Positions 18,365 to 30,250 of a DNA stretch of 64,000 nucleotides are shown piece after piece. Made by a program: the position numbers and the translations under genes. Every line of letters starts with the position of its first letter. The stretch's first letter is position 1. Below the pieces are notes generated by a model, which was not told where the DNA came from, ran no database searches, and was given only the letters and a program-made list of their open reading frames with translations. Source of the stretch: the human T2T-CHM13v2.0 reference genome, Homo sapiens; NCBI RefSeq assembly GCF_009914755.1, contig NC_060936.1. One strand, written 5' to 3'.

Positions 18365-20263
18365 CTTTCATTTTGTCAGCAAGCTCAACATATTTGAGGC
18401 TTTATCATGAAAGTGTTTTCTGGTATGCAGTTTCCATTTGCCTGGGTCCATCTCTCCAGGTGGAACCAGTAATCATACATTGGTTGGTAATTCTGTGCCA
18501 GCATTGGCCAAGTTTCCCGTTCTAAATGGCTGCCTCTCTTTCTTCCTCAACTCTTGGGAGGTTGTGAGAACCTCCAGCCCTATTTCTTTTTTGACCAAGC
18601 TTTGAGTTTTTTTTCTCCTTATTCTTGAACTTAGTCTCTTCTTCTGATGGGCCATATGGTCACTTCTTATTTAAAATGGTATTTTTTTCTCTTTTTCTGG
18701 CTTGTTGAGATGATTCTCTTGGTTTTATGCACACCTGTGCATTTTGAACTGATATGTGCTTGTGTACGTATGTATGAGTATAAACATCTTTTTATGCATT
18801 CACAAGAGAGAGAGGGAGGATTAAGTTTCTTTTCACTCTGCTATCTTAAGAAAAAACTATAGTTAATTGATTTCTAACTTTTAATTTAGAAACCCCAACT
18901 TCTGGCACTTTCTACAAACCTCATTATTCTTTCTTTTGTTCACTCATTCCCCACTTAAAAAACAAAAGTCCTGAAGTTGAGAACATTGTTTACTGATGTC
19001 TACCTACCTTGTAAGAAAAAGTACTTAAACACACTTAGGTTCTCAAAAGCTGTGCCAAATGAAGAAATATATAAATTAAATCACCATAAACAAATTATGG
19101 TTATAAAGAATAATGTAAATGTCATCCACCCTGGCATTATAAAAGTATAAATCCAGAGACTGGGAAGAAAGGAGAGTCAAACAATAAGGAAAATAGCAGA
19201 TGCATTAGTATCCTCATCATATAAATCAAGGATCAAAGCTGCTGGCTACAGTTAAAGGAGAGGGAAAATCACAAGTATAGTCCTTCATGTTGACAATTAA
19301 TCAACAGAGGAAAAATTTTATATCATGGTATAGTGGTGGCATTAGGAGGATAGTAGATATTTCCCAAGTCAGCTAAGTTGTCTTCTATTATAATAAGAAG
19401 TTAATATATAAAAATCAAGAAAGTATATTATTAATAGAAATGGAGACAGCAACCTGAAGAAACAGTTCAAAGAAACTATTGCTTAGACTATAGCTCACAG
19501 TGCTTCAGGTGAATGCAACTAGTAATTGGAAGTAGTGAGACTATGGACTAACGCTTTCATTGTAAGCCCTTCGAAATACTTGATTCATTTTTAATATGTG
19601 CATATTTTATTTTGATAAAAATAAAGCAATGTTGTTAGATATAAGGATGGAGCAGGAGAGACTGTGGAAGAAAAACAAAATGAAAAAATAAAAGGAAGAA
19701 AGAGTCTGGAGTATCTGGTTTTGTATTCCTTTTTGTTTTGATTTTCATGGTTGATATTCATTTAAAAACCTGAACATTTTTATTTGTGATATGCAGGGTT
19801 AAGCAGCCTAATGATCATGAGGAAAACATCAACCAAGCAAGTATAGAAGTAAGCATCGTTTGCTCTTATAAGAAGGAGAGAAAATTCATGGAACGATTAA
19901 ACAGTTAAAAAGCACAAAGAACACCATTATATTTTGTACATTAGTAGGCCAACAACAAAACAGTAATATTGATTCTTTCCCAACAGAAACCAAAGATCAA
20001 TCTCTTGCCCTAGAATAAATAGATTTATTTCCAACAGAAAGTAAGAATTAATTCTTGCATACAACATTTTCTTGACGGGTAAACTATCCTTTATTTTCCT
20101 CAAGTCTCATGATCAATGGCTATAAATTTACTAAACGCAGAGGCAGAAGAAGTTTACTAAAAGCAGCTTTGAAGACGAAGAGAGATAACAAGCCTGTGAA
20201 GACTGCTCCTCTGACTCCCATACATCACACTAGAGAAGGAAACGTTGTGGTGACAACAGTCAA

Positions 20264-20454
20264 CTAGAAGATGAACACTAAGGCCTGGTGATTCATCATC
20301 ATCATCAATCCATTGGAAAAGTCTGTTCTGGAACTCTCTGGCTGTATTTGTTCTGATTCATCTAAATACCGAGGTGGTAGGTATTCACTGTAATCATCTT
20401 CAAAATTGATTTCATTATTGAAAGCTTTAGCAGTATCGTGAATATTTAATGACA
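20264..20454 (-). pseudogene. Candidate relic exon (acidic, cytoplasmic-tail-like)
   Basis: Strong acceptor TTTTTTTCTCTAG at 20455-20467. Open frame SLNIHDTAKAFNNEINFEDDYSEYLPPRYLDESEQIQPESSRTDFSN in non-repeat sequence. Confidence 0.35.
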
Positions 20455-20999
20455 CTAGAGAAAAAAATAGGCTTTAAAATATATCTCAAAATTGCCAATG
20501 AAAATGCTCAGATTGCAAACAACAGTTTCTAAGGTGAAAAGTGTTATTGAATAAATGCAGAGACAGCTGTTTTCGGAAAATGACATTTTCGCCATTCCCG
20601 AGTGAGACATGTTCTTACACATCACAATATTAATAGTCACGTTGTGTTACTTGATTTAGTGCAACATAATACAGTGTGACTAATGCAGGCCGATGGTACA
20701 GATTCATGTAAGAGGAAAATCCATCACCTAGGAAATGTGGAACAAAGATTCACTTTTCTGAAAACAAAGGTTAAATAAATCAAAGTTTTCTGAAGAAGGA
20801 AAAGTCATGCAAAAGAGAGTTTTATTCCAAAACTCATTTCAATCACCTTTGCAGTGATCCCTGGATACATTAGAGAAGGGAATAGGCATCAAACATGAAA
20901 GCCTTTAAGCTGTTTGAACTAAGCTGTACTTAGTGCTTCTACAATATTTTCCTCTGTAGTACCGATCTTCTAAAGCAATAGCTCCTTCACCAATCTTAC

Positions 21000-21070
21000 C
21001 ATGCATTGCCCAGATGACTGCTACACATGCCCAGCTGACAAAGTGTAGTGTCCTTTCTCCATCAGCATCT
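21000..21070 (-). pseudogene. Candidate relic exon encoding an EGF-like half-domain
   Basis: TATATTTTTAG acceptor and TG|GTAAGA donor. 71 nt reading RC*WRKDTTLCQLGMCSSHLGNA(W/C); the TGA is consistent with CpG decay of CGA. Confidence 0.5.
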
Positions 21071-22112
21071 CTAAAAATATACTAGGCTATTGAGGAGATA
21101 ACACAAAACCACTTTTAAAGTCCACCTTTTACGGCCTACTAAAGAGATAGAAATATGGAGGGAAAAAGGGTCACTACAAGCCTATGGTTGCTTTTTGGTT
21201 ATGTTTATTTATCTGTATTCTTTCCTTGTCAAGAATATATATGCATCCTTTTCTATCTAATAATATGCATTGGACAGGTAACAATATACAAAAATTGGAC
21301 CTCTCAGTAAATATTTTGAAACAGGAAGGATTTTTATTTTACTTCTCAGGAAGCTGCATTAAGAAATGTAAGAGGAAAATGTCCTGCATGGGTATTTGGA
21401 CTTTACTATCAGCACCAAAGTCGTTATATTCTAACAAAATGAGGTCATTTTAATATCGTCACTTCAGGTATTGCTCAATGAATGTCTTCTTTATTTCCTT
21501 TATCTCAACGCTGCAATATTGCCAATTAACTCAGAGAATATTTTAAGTCCAAATGCTAAGTGTTAGAAGCTTTTAAAATTTTTTCCTAATTAGACTATAT
21601 GCCCTTAAGCTTATTTTTCACAATTATTGAGCATTTACTTTTTTGCTTATTACTTTATACATATTATGCTATTTGACGCAGCAAGACTGAAAGATGTGTA
21701 CTATTATTTCAGTTTTCCATATGAAGAGGTCTGGTAGAGTTGGTATTTTAGTACAAATTTGTCTGGCTTCAAAAATACACTTTTGCATCACCTACAATAG
21801 AGTGCTTCCAACATTAGAAATATTCAATAAATAGTCATAGACTTTAAAAGTTGAAAGCGACTAAGGTCTTCATTTACTTCAATGCCCAAACAAGCTACAA
21901 AACATCTATATAACATTTTGACAACTGGTGATCCAGGCACAGTGGAGGATTTCATTGTCAGAATCTTATTTATTCAAGGTTATCTGTACTACTTACTGGT
22001 GGGCAATTCTAACCAACAGAAAGTTCTTCAAACTAAACAGAATTAAGCCTCCCCAGACAATGTCTAATGACATTTGCAAGTTAAGTTCAATGCAGTCACT
22101 GAGAGTAAACTA

Positions 22113-22464
<352 letters not shown>

Positions 22465-22491
22465 TAAACAAGCACTGCCTGTGCTAGATAG

Positions 22492-22885
22492 ATTGTTACA
22501 CTGGCAGCTTCTAATGAACCACAGCTCCCAGTATTCACGTTCTTGTATAGTCTCCTCTCACACAAAATCTCAGCTTGGTCATGTTACTTGATTTAGCCAA
22601 AGGATTAGTGACAAGCATGATGCAACTGGAGGGTTAGCAAATTGAGGCTTATTCTCTTGGAAGCCAGGGGCCATGGTGTAAAGAACCTGAGCTCGTCACT
22701 GAATGAAGAGAGGTCATGTAGCAAGACACCTTGGAGGATAAGAGGTAGTCTTGGACACTGTAGCCTTAGCCAAACTCCCAGCTGATTGCAGCCTTATGAG
22801 CGATCACAGCTGTATCATGAGAAATAATTTGTTTTCATTTGTCACTACTAAGTTTGAAGATGGTTTTTTACACAGCAATAGATAA
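22492..22885. mobile_element. MLT1-type MaLR LTR
   Basis: CAGCTTGGTCATGTTACTTGATTTAGCCAA...CCACTACTAAGTTTGAAGATGG...TTACACAGCAATAGATAA-like termini. Confidence 0.7.
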
Positions 22886-23154
22886 TTGGTACACTGCCTT
22901 TAAAGGCTCTTACATCTATTAAAGGAGAGATATCTGCAAGTAACTAAAACACACATACATGAAAGAACAAAAACATATATATTATGACAATAAAATTAGC
23001 TTTGCCTTTATCAAGGCATCTATCCCAACTTCTGTCATGAGAAGATTTTCAGATCTTTTGACTCCCTTAGATGGTGTACCCAGAGTGTGTTATTGTATCA
23101 GTTGCATATATAAGTGGTTCATTTAATAAAATGATCTTGTTAAAGAGAATGTTG

Positions 23155-23395
23155 ATGCTAATAAGAGTATCTATCACTTCTTGAATACTTATTAGGTACC
23201 AGGCAGATTTATTTAAATTCCTTTAATAGCTTCCTATCCATGTACTATTATTTTGTCTAGATTTTAGTTCCAAAAACTGGGGCACAGAGTTATTTTGTGA
23301 GTTTGCACAAGATTATATAGCTATGATTGGCAACCACAAATTCAAACCTAGGTACATCTGGCACTGAAATTTGTATCTTTATCCACTATATTCTC
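23155..23395 (-). mobile_element. MIR
   Basis: AAAAACTGGGGCACAGAG...TTTGCACAAGATTATATAGCT...AATTCAAACCTAGG. Confidence 0.7.
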
Positions 23396-23605
23396 CACAG
23401 ATCCACCTCAGGTAGTACTTTGAGGATACACAGTGAAGTAACCTCAAAACATATACATAAGTAAAATGAATTGTCCTCTGTGAGTTAAAATATGAAATCA
23501 ATACCTAACGTATGATATAAAAAGTAAGCAAAGATATATTAAGGAGACAAGATGAATTTCAGGCTTGAGCAAAATATGGTTGATAATTAATGTCATTAAA
23601 TACAC

Positions 23606-24045
23606 CTAAGGACAGAGTGGAAGCGATTTAAAGAACAGACATATTTAGAAACTGAAAAAGAGGTGTCAAAGAAAAGCAGTGGCAGAGGTAATTTAGAAAC
23701 TATTCCAGGGGAAGGTATCCTGACAGCTGTATGTTCAATTGATGTTGTAGGTATTTTTCCATGGGGAGATTGATTCATAAGGTGAAACAGAATGATTCAA
23801 ATATTGATTTGATCCATTCAGCTAATTTTCTTTGTTCTTCAGACACCGTTCTGATTATAATTTGACTTTTCATGACCCATGGCAGATCTGTAATTTGGTG
23901 TCCCAGTTTCTGTACTTCAGTCTAATTAAATCTAAAACACTAAGATAACCTTGGCTGACTCCATCAAGGTGATATTGCGCTGTGGTCTCTGGGTATTCAG
24001 CCAGTCTTGCCATAGAAATTTGACCTCTTTAAATGTCAAATTTGT
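23606..24045 (-). pseudogene. Candidate relic exon (SEA-like extracellular segment)
   Basis: Branch-like GACTAAT plus TTTTAATTTAAAG acceptor. Reads TNLTFKEVKFLWQDWLNTQRPQRNITLMESAKVILVF/RFN*TEVQKLGHQITDLPWVMKSQIIIRTVSEEQRKLAEWIKSIF with one 1-nt frameshift and one stop. Sequons NLT, NIT, N*T. Donor AG|GTGTAT at 23605. Confidence 0.45.
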
Positions 24046-24304
24046 CTTTAAATTAAAAGGTATTAGTCTAGTCAGTGCTTGTCTCATCTATACCCACATT
24101 TGAGGAAATCTCTAGCCACTGCCCCTGTTGAATGAGCAGGGAACTACATACCCCTAGCCTTATTCCTTGCTGAATGAAATGAGGTTGCACAAATCACCTA
24201 CATATAATAAAGTATGATATAGAGAGGAAGTGTCTGGGCTCTAACAGCTAGCTACCTCTGGGATTCAAATACGAGCTCTGCACAAAGTAGTTGTGAATTT
24301 TTTT

Positions 24305-24525
24305 TTTTCACTTTATTGCCATTTGCAGATACTGTGCTGTTTTGTTCTGGTTTTACAAATTGAATGTTTGTGGTGAACCTGCATCAAGCAAGTCCATTGG
24401 CATGATCTTCCCAGAAGTATGTGCTCACTTCGTGTTTCTGAGTTACATATTGGTAATCCTCATAATATTTAAAATGTTTTTATCATTATTATATTTGTTA
24501 TGGTGATCTGTGATCAGTGGTCTTT
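24305..24525 (+). mobile_element. Tigger1 fragment (inside the TSD-bounded L1 insertion)
   Basis: CTTTATTGCCATTTGCAGATACTG, TTTTACAAATTGAATGTTTGTGG, GCTCACTTCGTGTTTCTG, TTGTTATGGTGATCTGTGATCAGTG. Confidence 0.85.
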
Positions 24526-24561
24526 TTTCATTTATGAATCATTTATCACATACTGTTTTCT

Positions 24562-26448
24562 CTTTTTTTAACTTTTATTTGAGGTTCAGGTATACATGTG
24601 CAGGTTTGTTATATAAATTGCCTGTTGCATGGTTTTGGTGTACAGATCATTTCATCATTCAGATAATAAGCATAGTATCAGATAAGTAGTTTTTCAGTCT
24701 TCAACCCCCTACCACCCTCCAACTTTAAGTAGACACTGGTGTCTGTTATTCCTTTCTTTGTGTCTATACATTCTCATTGTTTAGCTCCTACTTATAAATG
24801 AGGACAGGCAGTATTTGGTTTTCTGATCCTGTGTTAGTTTGCCTAGGATAATTGCCTCCAGCTCCATCCATGTTGCAGAAAGGGACATGATTTCATTATT
24901 TTTTAGGGCTGCGTAATATACCATGGTGTATATGTACCACAATTATTTTTTCCAGCCTACCATTAATTGGCATTTATGGCCTTTGCTGTTGTGAAGGGTG
25001 CTCAATGAACATGCATAGTCATGTGTCTTTATGGTAGAATGATTTATATTCCTTTAGGTGTATACCCAATAATGGGATTGCTGGGTAGAGTATTAATTGT
25101 TTTAAGTTCTTTGAGAAATCACCACAGTAATCTTGTGTGATCAGTGACTGAACTAATGACCAAGCTAATTTACATGCCCACAACGACTGAACTAAATTAC
25201 ATTCTCACCAGCAGTGTATAAGCACTCCCTTTTTTGCTGCAACCTCACCAGCATCTGTTGTTTTTGACTTTTTTAATAATAGCCATTCTGACTGGTGTGA
25301 TATAGTATCTCATTGGGATTTTGATTTCCATTTCTTTAATAATTAGTGATATAGAGCATTTTTTCATACATGTTGGCCATGTATATGTCTTCTTTTGAAA
25401 ACTGTCTGTTCTTCTCCTTTGCCCACTTTTTCATGGAGTTGTTTTTTTGTTCACTTATTAATTTGTTTAAGTTCCTCATAGATCCTGTATATTAGACCTT
25501 TGTTGGATGCATTCATTTGCAAACATTTTCTCCCATACTGTAGGGTGTCTGTTTACTCTGTTGATGGTTTCTTTTACTGTGCAGAATTTGTTAGTCCCAT
25601 TTATCAATTTTTTGTTTTGTTGCAATTGTTTTTGGAGTCTTCATCATGAAATCTTTGCCAGGGCCTATGCCCAGAATGGTATTTCCTAGGTTATCTTACC
25701 AGTTTTTATAGTTCAAGGTTTTATATTTAAGTCTTACATCCATCTTGAATTGATTTTTGTATATGGTATAAGGAAGAGGTCCAGTTTCAATCTTCCGCAT
25801 ATTGCTAGCCAGTTATCCTAGCACCATATATTGAATAGGGAATTTTTCCCCATTGCTTGCTTTTGTTGACTTTGTCAAAGATCAGATGGTGGTAGATGTG
25901 TGGCTTTATTTCTGGACTCTTTATTCTTTTCTATTTTTCTATATGTCTGTTTGTATACCAGTACCATGCTGTTTTGGTTACTGTAGCCTTATAATACAAT
26001 TTGAAGTCAGGAACGTGATACCTCCAGCTTTGTTCTTTTTGCTTAGGATTGCCTTGTCTATTTGGGCTCTTTTTGGCTCCACATGATTTTTAAGCAGTTT
26101 TATCTAATTTTGTGAAGAATGTCATTGGCAGTGCGATAGGAATAGCATTGAATCTATAAATTGCTTTGGACAGTACGGCCATTTTAACAATATTGTTTCT
26201 TCCAATCCATGAGCATGAAATGTTTTTTCATTTGTCATTCTGATTTCTGTGAGCAGTGTTTTGTAATTTGTTATAGAGATCTTTCACCTCCCTGGTTAGC
26301 TGTATTCCTAGGTGTTTCATCTTTCTGTGACTTATTTTAAATGGGATTGCATTATTGATTTGGCTCTCAGCTTGGAACTCATTGGTGTATAGGAATGCTA
26401 CTGATTTTTGTACATTGGCTTTGTATCCTGAAACTTTGCTGAAGTTGT
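24562..26448 (-). mobile_element. L1PA15/16-like LINE-1, 3'UTR to ORF2 NFSKVSGYK
   Basis: 3' end ACTTTTATTTGAGGTTCAGG...GGTGTACAGATCATTTCATC; ORF 26228..26467 [20 protein letters not shown]. Confidence 0.9.
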
Positions 26449-26449
26449 A

Positions 26450-26639
26450 AGTCATCAGATTCTCCAAGGTTGAAATGAAATTAAAAAATGTTAAAGGGAG
26501 CTAGAAAGAAGAGGCAGATCATGTACAAAGGTAACCCCATCGGGCTAACAGTGGACCTTTCAGCAGAAACCCTAAAAGGGGGGGGGTCTATATTCAGCAT
26601 TCTTAAACAAAAGAAATTTCAGCCAAAATTTTCATATCC
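26450..26639 (+). mobile_element. Inverted L1 ORF1 fragment (5' inversion of the L1PA15/16 element)
   Basis: Encodes [29 protein letters not shown]...IFSILKQKKFQPKFSYP (ORF1 RRM/CTD) and abuts TSD AGTTGTGAATTT. Confidence 0.85.
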
Positions 26640-26651
26640 AGTTGTGAATTT

Positions 26652-26812
26652 TTTATTTTCTTTATTTATTTATTTATTTTGAGACAGTCTCACTCTGTTA
26701 CCCAAGCTGAAGTGCAGTGGTATGATCTCAGCTCACTCCTGACCTCAAGTGATCTGCCCACCTCAGCCTTCCAAAGTGTGGGATTACAGGTATCAGCCAC
26801 TGCTGCCAGCCC
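26652..26812 (-). mobile_element. Internally deleted AluS (right-arm 3' part fused to left-arm 5' part)
   Basis: Junction GATCTCAGCTCACT|CCTGACCTCAAGTGATC. TSD CAGTTGTGAATTT at 26639-26651 and 26813-26825. Confidence 0.85.
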
Positions 26813-27361
26813 CAGTTGTGAATTTCTACAAGTCACTAAACCATGCCCTAGTTTTCATGTCTACAAAACAGAAGTAATAACAGAATGCCTAGCACAAAGA
26901 ACTGTAAACTTTAAATGAGTCAATACACATAAAACATTTAGAATAGTGCATGGCAGGTACTAAGCACTCAATGTTAGTAGTGATTATAGTGATGATGATG
27001 ATGACGTTGATAATGATGGTATCTGGTTCATCTTGCTCAAAAAGATGAACTAAGCTGTAAAGAATATGTCTTTTATCATTTACAAAAGAGACATAGAAAA
27101 GATCCACCAGTTTCTGATCTGAACTGTCAAGCTTACTGTTTCATGAGTAGAATGAGAAAGCAGACAAAGGTGGTCAAGGAGATGAAAATAAATCACACAA
27201 ATAGAGACAAGCAAAACTGAAAGAAACCATGAAACTCCTGAAGCATGAATAAAGTATCCTTCATTCCAGATTTTCAGTTTTTGGTTAGTTCTAGTGCTTC
27301 TGACGTAAAACTTAATTTGTTTGTTATTAGATGATTATGAAATTGCCACTTGTGTCCTTAC

Positions 27362-27566
27362 TGTACACAATGCCCTTCTCCCCACAGCCATTTAGCTGGC
27401 TTTCTCATTCTTGCATCTGCAAAATGTACTTTTTGAAATGTGTATCATTGAATTTTTTTTAGCTACTCCAGTCTTTTCCATCCTGTTCTGCTTCTCTTGG
27501 CATTCATCATTTGAATCTGCCAAATCAGTAATGTGAACAGTGTTATAATTGGAAATATAAAATGAT
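27362..27566 (-). pseudogene. Candidate relic exon (calcium-binding-EGF-like)
   Basis: CTAAT...ATTTCAG acceptor and |GTAAGG donor. Reads SFYISNYNTVHITDLADSNDECQEKQNR...STFCRCKNEKAS*MAVGRRALCT. Confidence 0.4.
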
Positions 27567-28409
27567 CTGAAATCCATAGGAAATTAGATTGAAGTGAATA
27601 TAGGAAATACAATCACCTCCCAGACACAGAATGGATTTTTAAGGGCTCAGTAAGATATGCCCCAACCCCCACCAGGACCTAAACCAGAAGCATTTAATTG
27701 CTTAGGGTTATCATTTCATTAACACAAATTCTTGACATTCATATCCAACAGCTGATCCTCAGCTTTCTGTTTATTTCTCTCTTTTTGTCGGCTCCTGTCT
27801 GTTCTCTGCGTCTCCGTCTTATCTCCTTTGTTTTTGTTTTTCCTTAGCTTCCGTCAAAGCTATCACTTCTAAAGCACTGAATTTTAAGCTCCCTCCTCAA
27901 ATCTCTAAGGAGTCTGTGCACACTTTCTGAAAAAAAAAATAAACTGTATATCATACAGCTTAGACTCTAATGGTTAAAATTTTATTAATGGGAGCAGATT
28001 GACGGTATATTGGCACTTTAATTAAAGAGGGTTATGGAATGGCATTTTAAATAGCAACGCCATTTTCTAAATTGACATAGCTCCATTATAAGGAAAAATT
28101 ATTAAATTGAACCTCAAGTCAAACAGTTTCTCTTCCAGTAAGATAGGACATTTTAGTGTAAATTTTTAATCTGCTAACAAAATATTCACTACAAAATAAA
28201 AGGATTTTCCCTATTTTATTATTTTTGCCTCGAATCTTAATACTAGAGAGGCTCTAAAATTAGTTCCAGATACTTCAAAAAATAAATTCTAAGTGCTGCA
28301 TGACTAGAAGGAAGCAGAAATACATTTCTGGACAAATCTAGTGGAATAGCTACAAACTACATGTTTCTAAAAATAGTTGTTTCCATTTCTTTTGACAGAT
28401 ACATCATAC

Positions 28410-28687
28410 CTTTCCTATGATCTCTCTTGCATCTTAGAAAGGAGCCTCGGGTCATTGAATCTTAGCACTAGAGAAAATTGCTTGAGATTTACTTAGAGTC
28501 AAACGATTTGGTCTGGTAAAGTTAGACCCACAGTGCTGGCCTTTAGTTAACAATCTGAGGCATTTTTCAACAATACCTTGCATTATTTGCAAATCAGCTC
28601 CAATATCTTATACTACTCATACAAAGTTCTTGACTCAAAAATCTTAGGATGTGGAAGTTTCATTATGATTTTGGCAAGGACATTATG
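28410..28687 (-). pseudogene. Candidate relic exon(s) (SEA-like)
   Basis: Acceptor TTTTTTCATTATCTTAAAAATAG and donor AAG|GTATGA. Reads HNVLAKIIMKLPHPKIFESRTLYE*YKILELICK*CK...ISSNFSLVLRFNDPRLLSKMQERS*ER; the phase-2 end joins the 27566 exon in frame. Confidence 0.35.
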
Positions 28688-29602
28688 CTATTTTTAAGAT
28701 AATGAAAAAATCCTCTCCTTTGTCATTTTTAAGATTGGTGTCCTAAAACAAATCTAGGAACATATTTTTTACAGAAAACTTTTGAATTTTGGGTATATTG
28801 AAAAAAATAATTTTGTTTTGCTTGGTTTTCAAATTATAAAACAATTCAAATATGTATACAATAGTAGAGAATAACATAATACATATATGTTTACTAAATA
28901 TCCAGCTGTATTAAATTTTAAGACTTCAGTATCTGTACTTCAGCTTATTTTTAAGATAAAACGCAGAGGTGAACCTTCTGTGTATTACTCTGATCCATTT
29001 CTCTCTTTCTCTGAAGTAGCTACTATCATACTTCTCTCATTTATCATTTTCATGAATATTTTATTTGTTTACTGAATGTTCATGTATCTACAGGAAATAT
29101 ATAGTGCTTATATGGTAATAAATATAATAATCTAAACATAAGCATGTTGAAACTTTCTTGCAACTTGTTTTATCTTGTTGGTAAGTGTAGCTCTAGTTCA
29201 TTTGTATAAAAGACTGTCATTTCCCATTTCACAAACATGTTGCTGTTTATTTCTTCTACTATTGATAAACATTCTGATTGTCCTCAATTTTTTTACAAAT
29301 GACTCTATAATGAATGTTTTTATCACACCTCCTTCTGCATTTGTGTGGATTTCTCTGTGGTATGTACTTAGTAAAATAATATTTAGGTTATTTGGGGTGT
29401 TTTCTCTTCAAAATGGCTATACCAATTTTAGACTCTATGTATACTTAGAGTCCATCAGAATGTACAGAAATTCTCATTTGTCTACATCTTCAACTACACA
29501 TGCTATTCCCAGGTTTGTAATTATTTGTGCAACTAACATACATATATAATAGTTTGTTTATTTTAATTTTGATTTCCCTGATTACAATAGAGGGAGAATT
29601 AC

Positions 29603-30035
29603 TGCATTAGTTTCTCTATTATAATAACTTACCATGAACTTAGTGTCTTAAAACAACAATGCAACTTTGTTCCCTCACACTTATAGAGGTCAAAAGTCTA
29701 AAATGGGTTAGCTAGGCTGCATTCCTTCTGGAAACCAGGACAACTTTGCCTTTTCAGCTTCTAGAGTTTGCCTGCATCCCTTGGCTCACAACTCCTTCTC
29801 CACATTCCTCCAACCTCTGGCTTTCATCATCACATACCCAACTACTTTCTTATCCTCTGCATCCCTCTTATATGGGGGCCTAGTGATTACATCGTACCCA
29901 CTCAGATGATCCCAGGTCATCTTCCCATTTCATTATTCACTTTTATAGAGTCCCTTCTACCATGTAAGATAGCAGTTACAGGTTCCAGGAATTGGATGCA
30001 AACAGCTTTGGAGGGGGCCTTTATTTAGCCTACCA
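29603..30035 (-). mobile_element. MLT1 (C/D/E-like) LTR
   Basis: ACTTAGTGTCTTAAAACAAC, GGCTGCATTCCTTCTGGA, CAGCTTCTAGAG, ACAGGTTCCAGGAATTGGA...AGCCTACCA. Confidence 0.8.
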
Positions 30036-30250
30036 GAAATAGGATTGACAATTTGGAATTTCCTCTAAAAGACTTCATATTTATATCAATATACCTATTC
30101 TTTGCCTAAGTTGTCTTTTGCCTAGGTGATTTGTGAAAGATTTTGTTTTTGAGGGAAAATTTTATGAATAGTGTCAATTATAGACACTAAAAATGTCTTC
30201 TATTCTGTGATATGTGTTTTTACTTTTGGTTTTGTGCAATTTTAAATTTT

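Larger units (their letters stand above)
24225..26985 (+). mobile_element. MIR split by L1 and Alu insertions (24225-24300 and 26813-26985)
   Basis: CTGGGATTCAAATACGAGCTCTGC...AGTTGTGAATTT on the left continues as AGTTGTGAATTTCTACAAGTCACTAAACC...TTAAATGAG...TTAGAATAGTGCATGGCA on the right. Confidence 0.8.

Noticed and set aside
18110-18525. Six overlapping H/T/Y/I/C/V-rich ORFs
   Set aside because: Artefact of the stop-free dinucleotide minisatellite.
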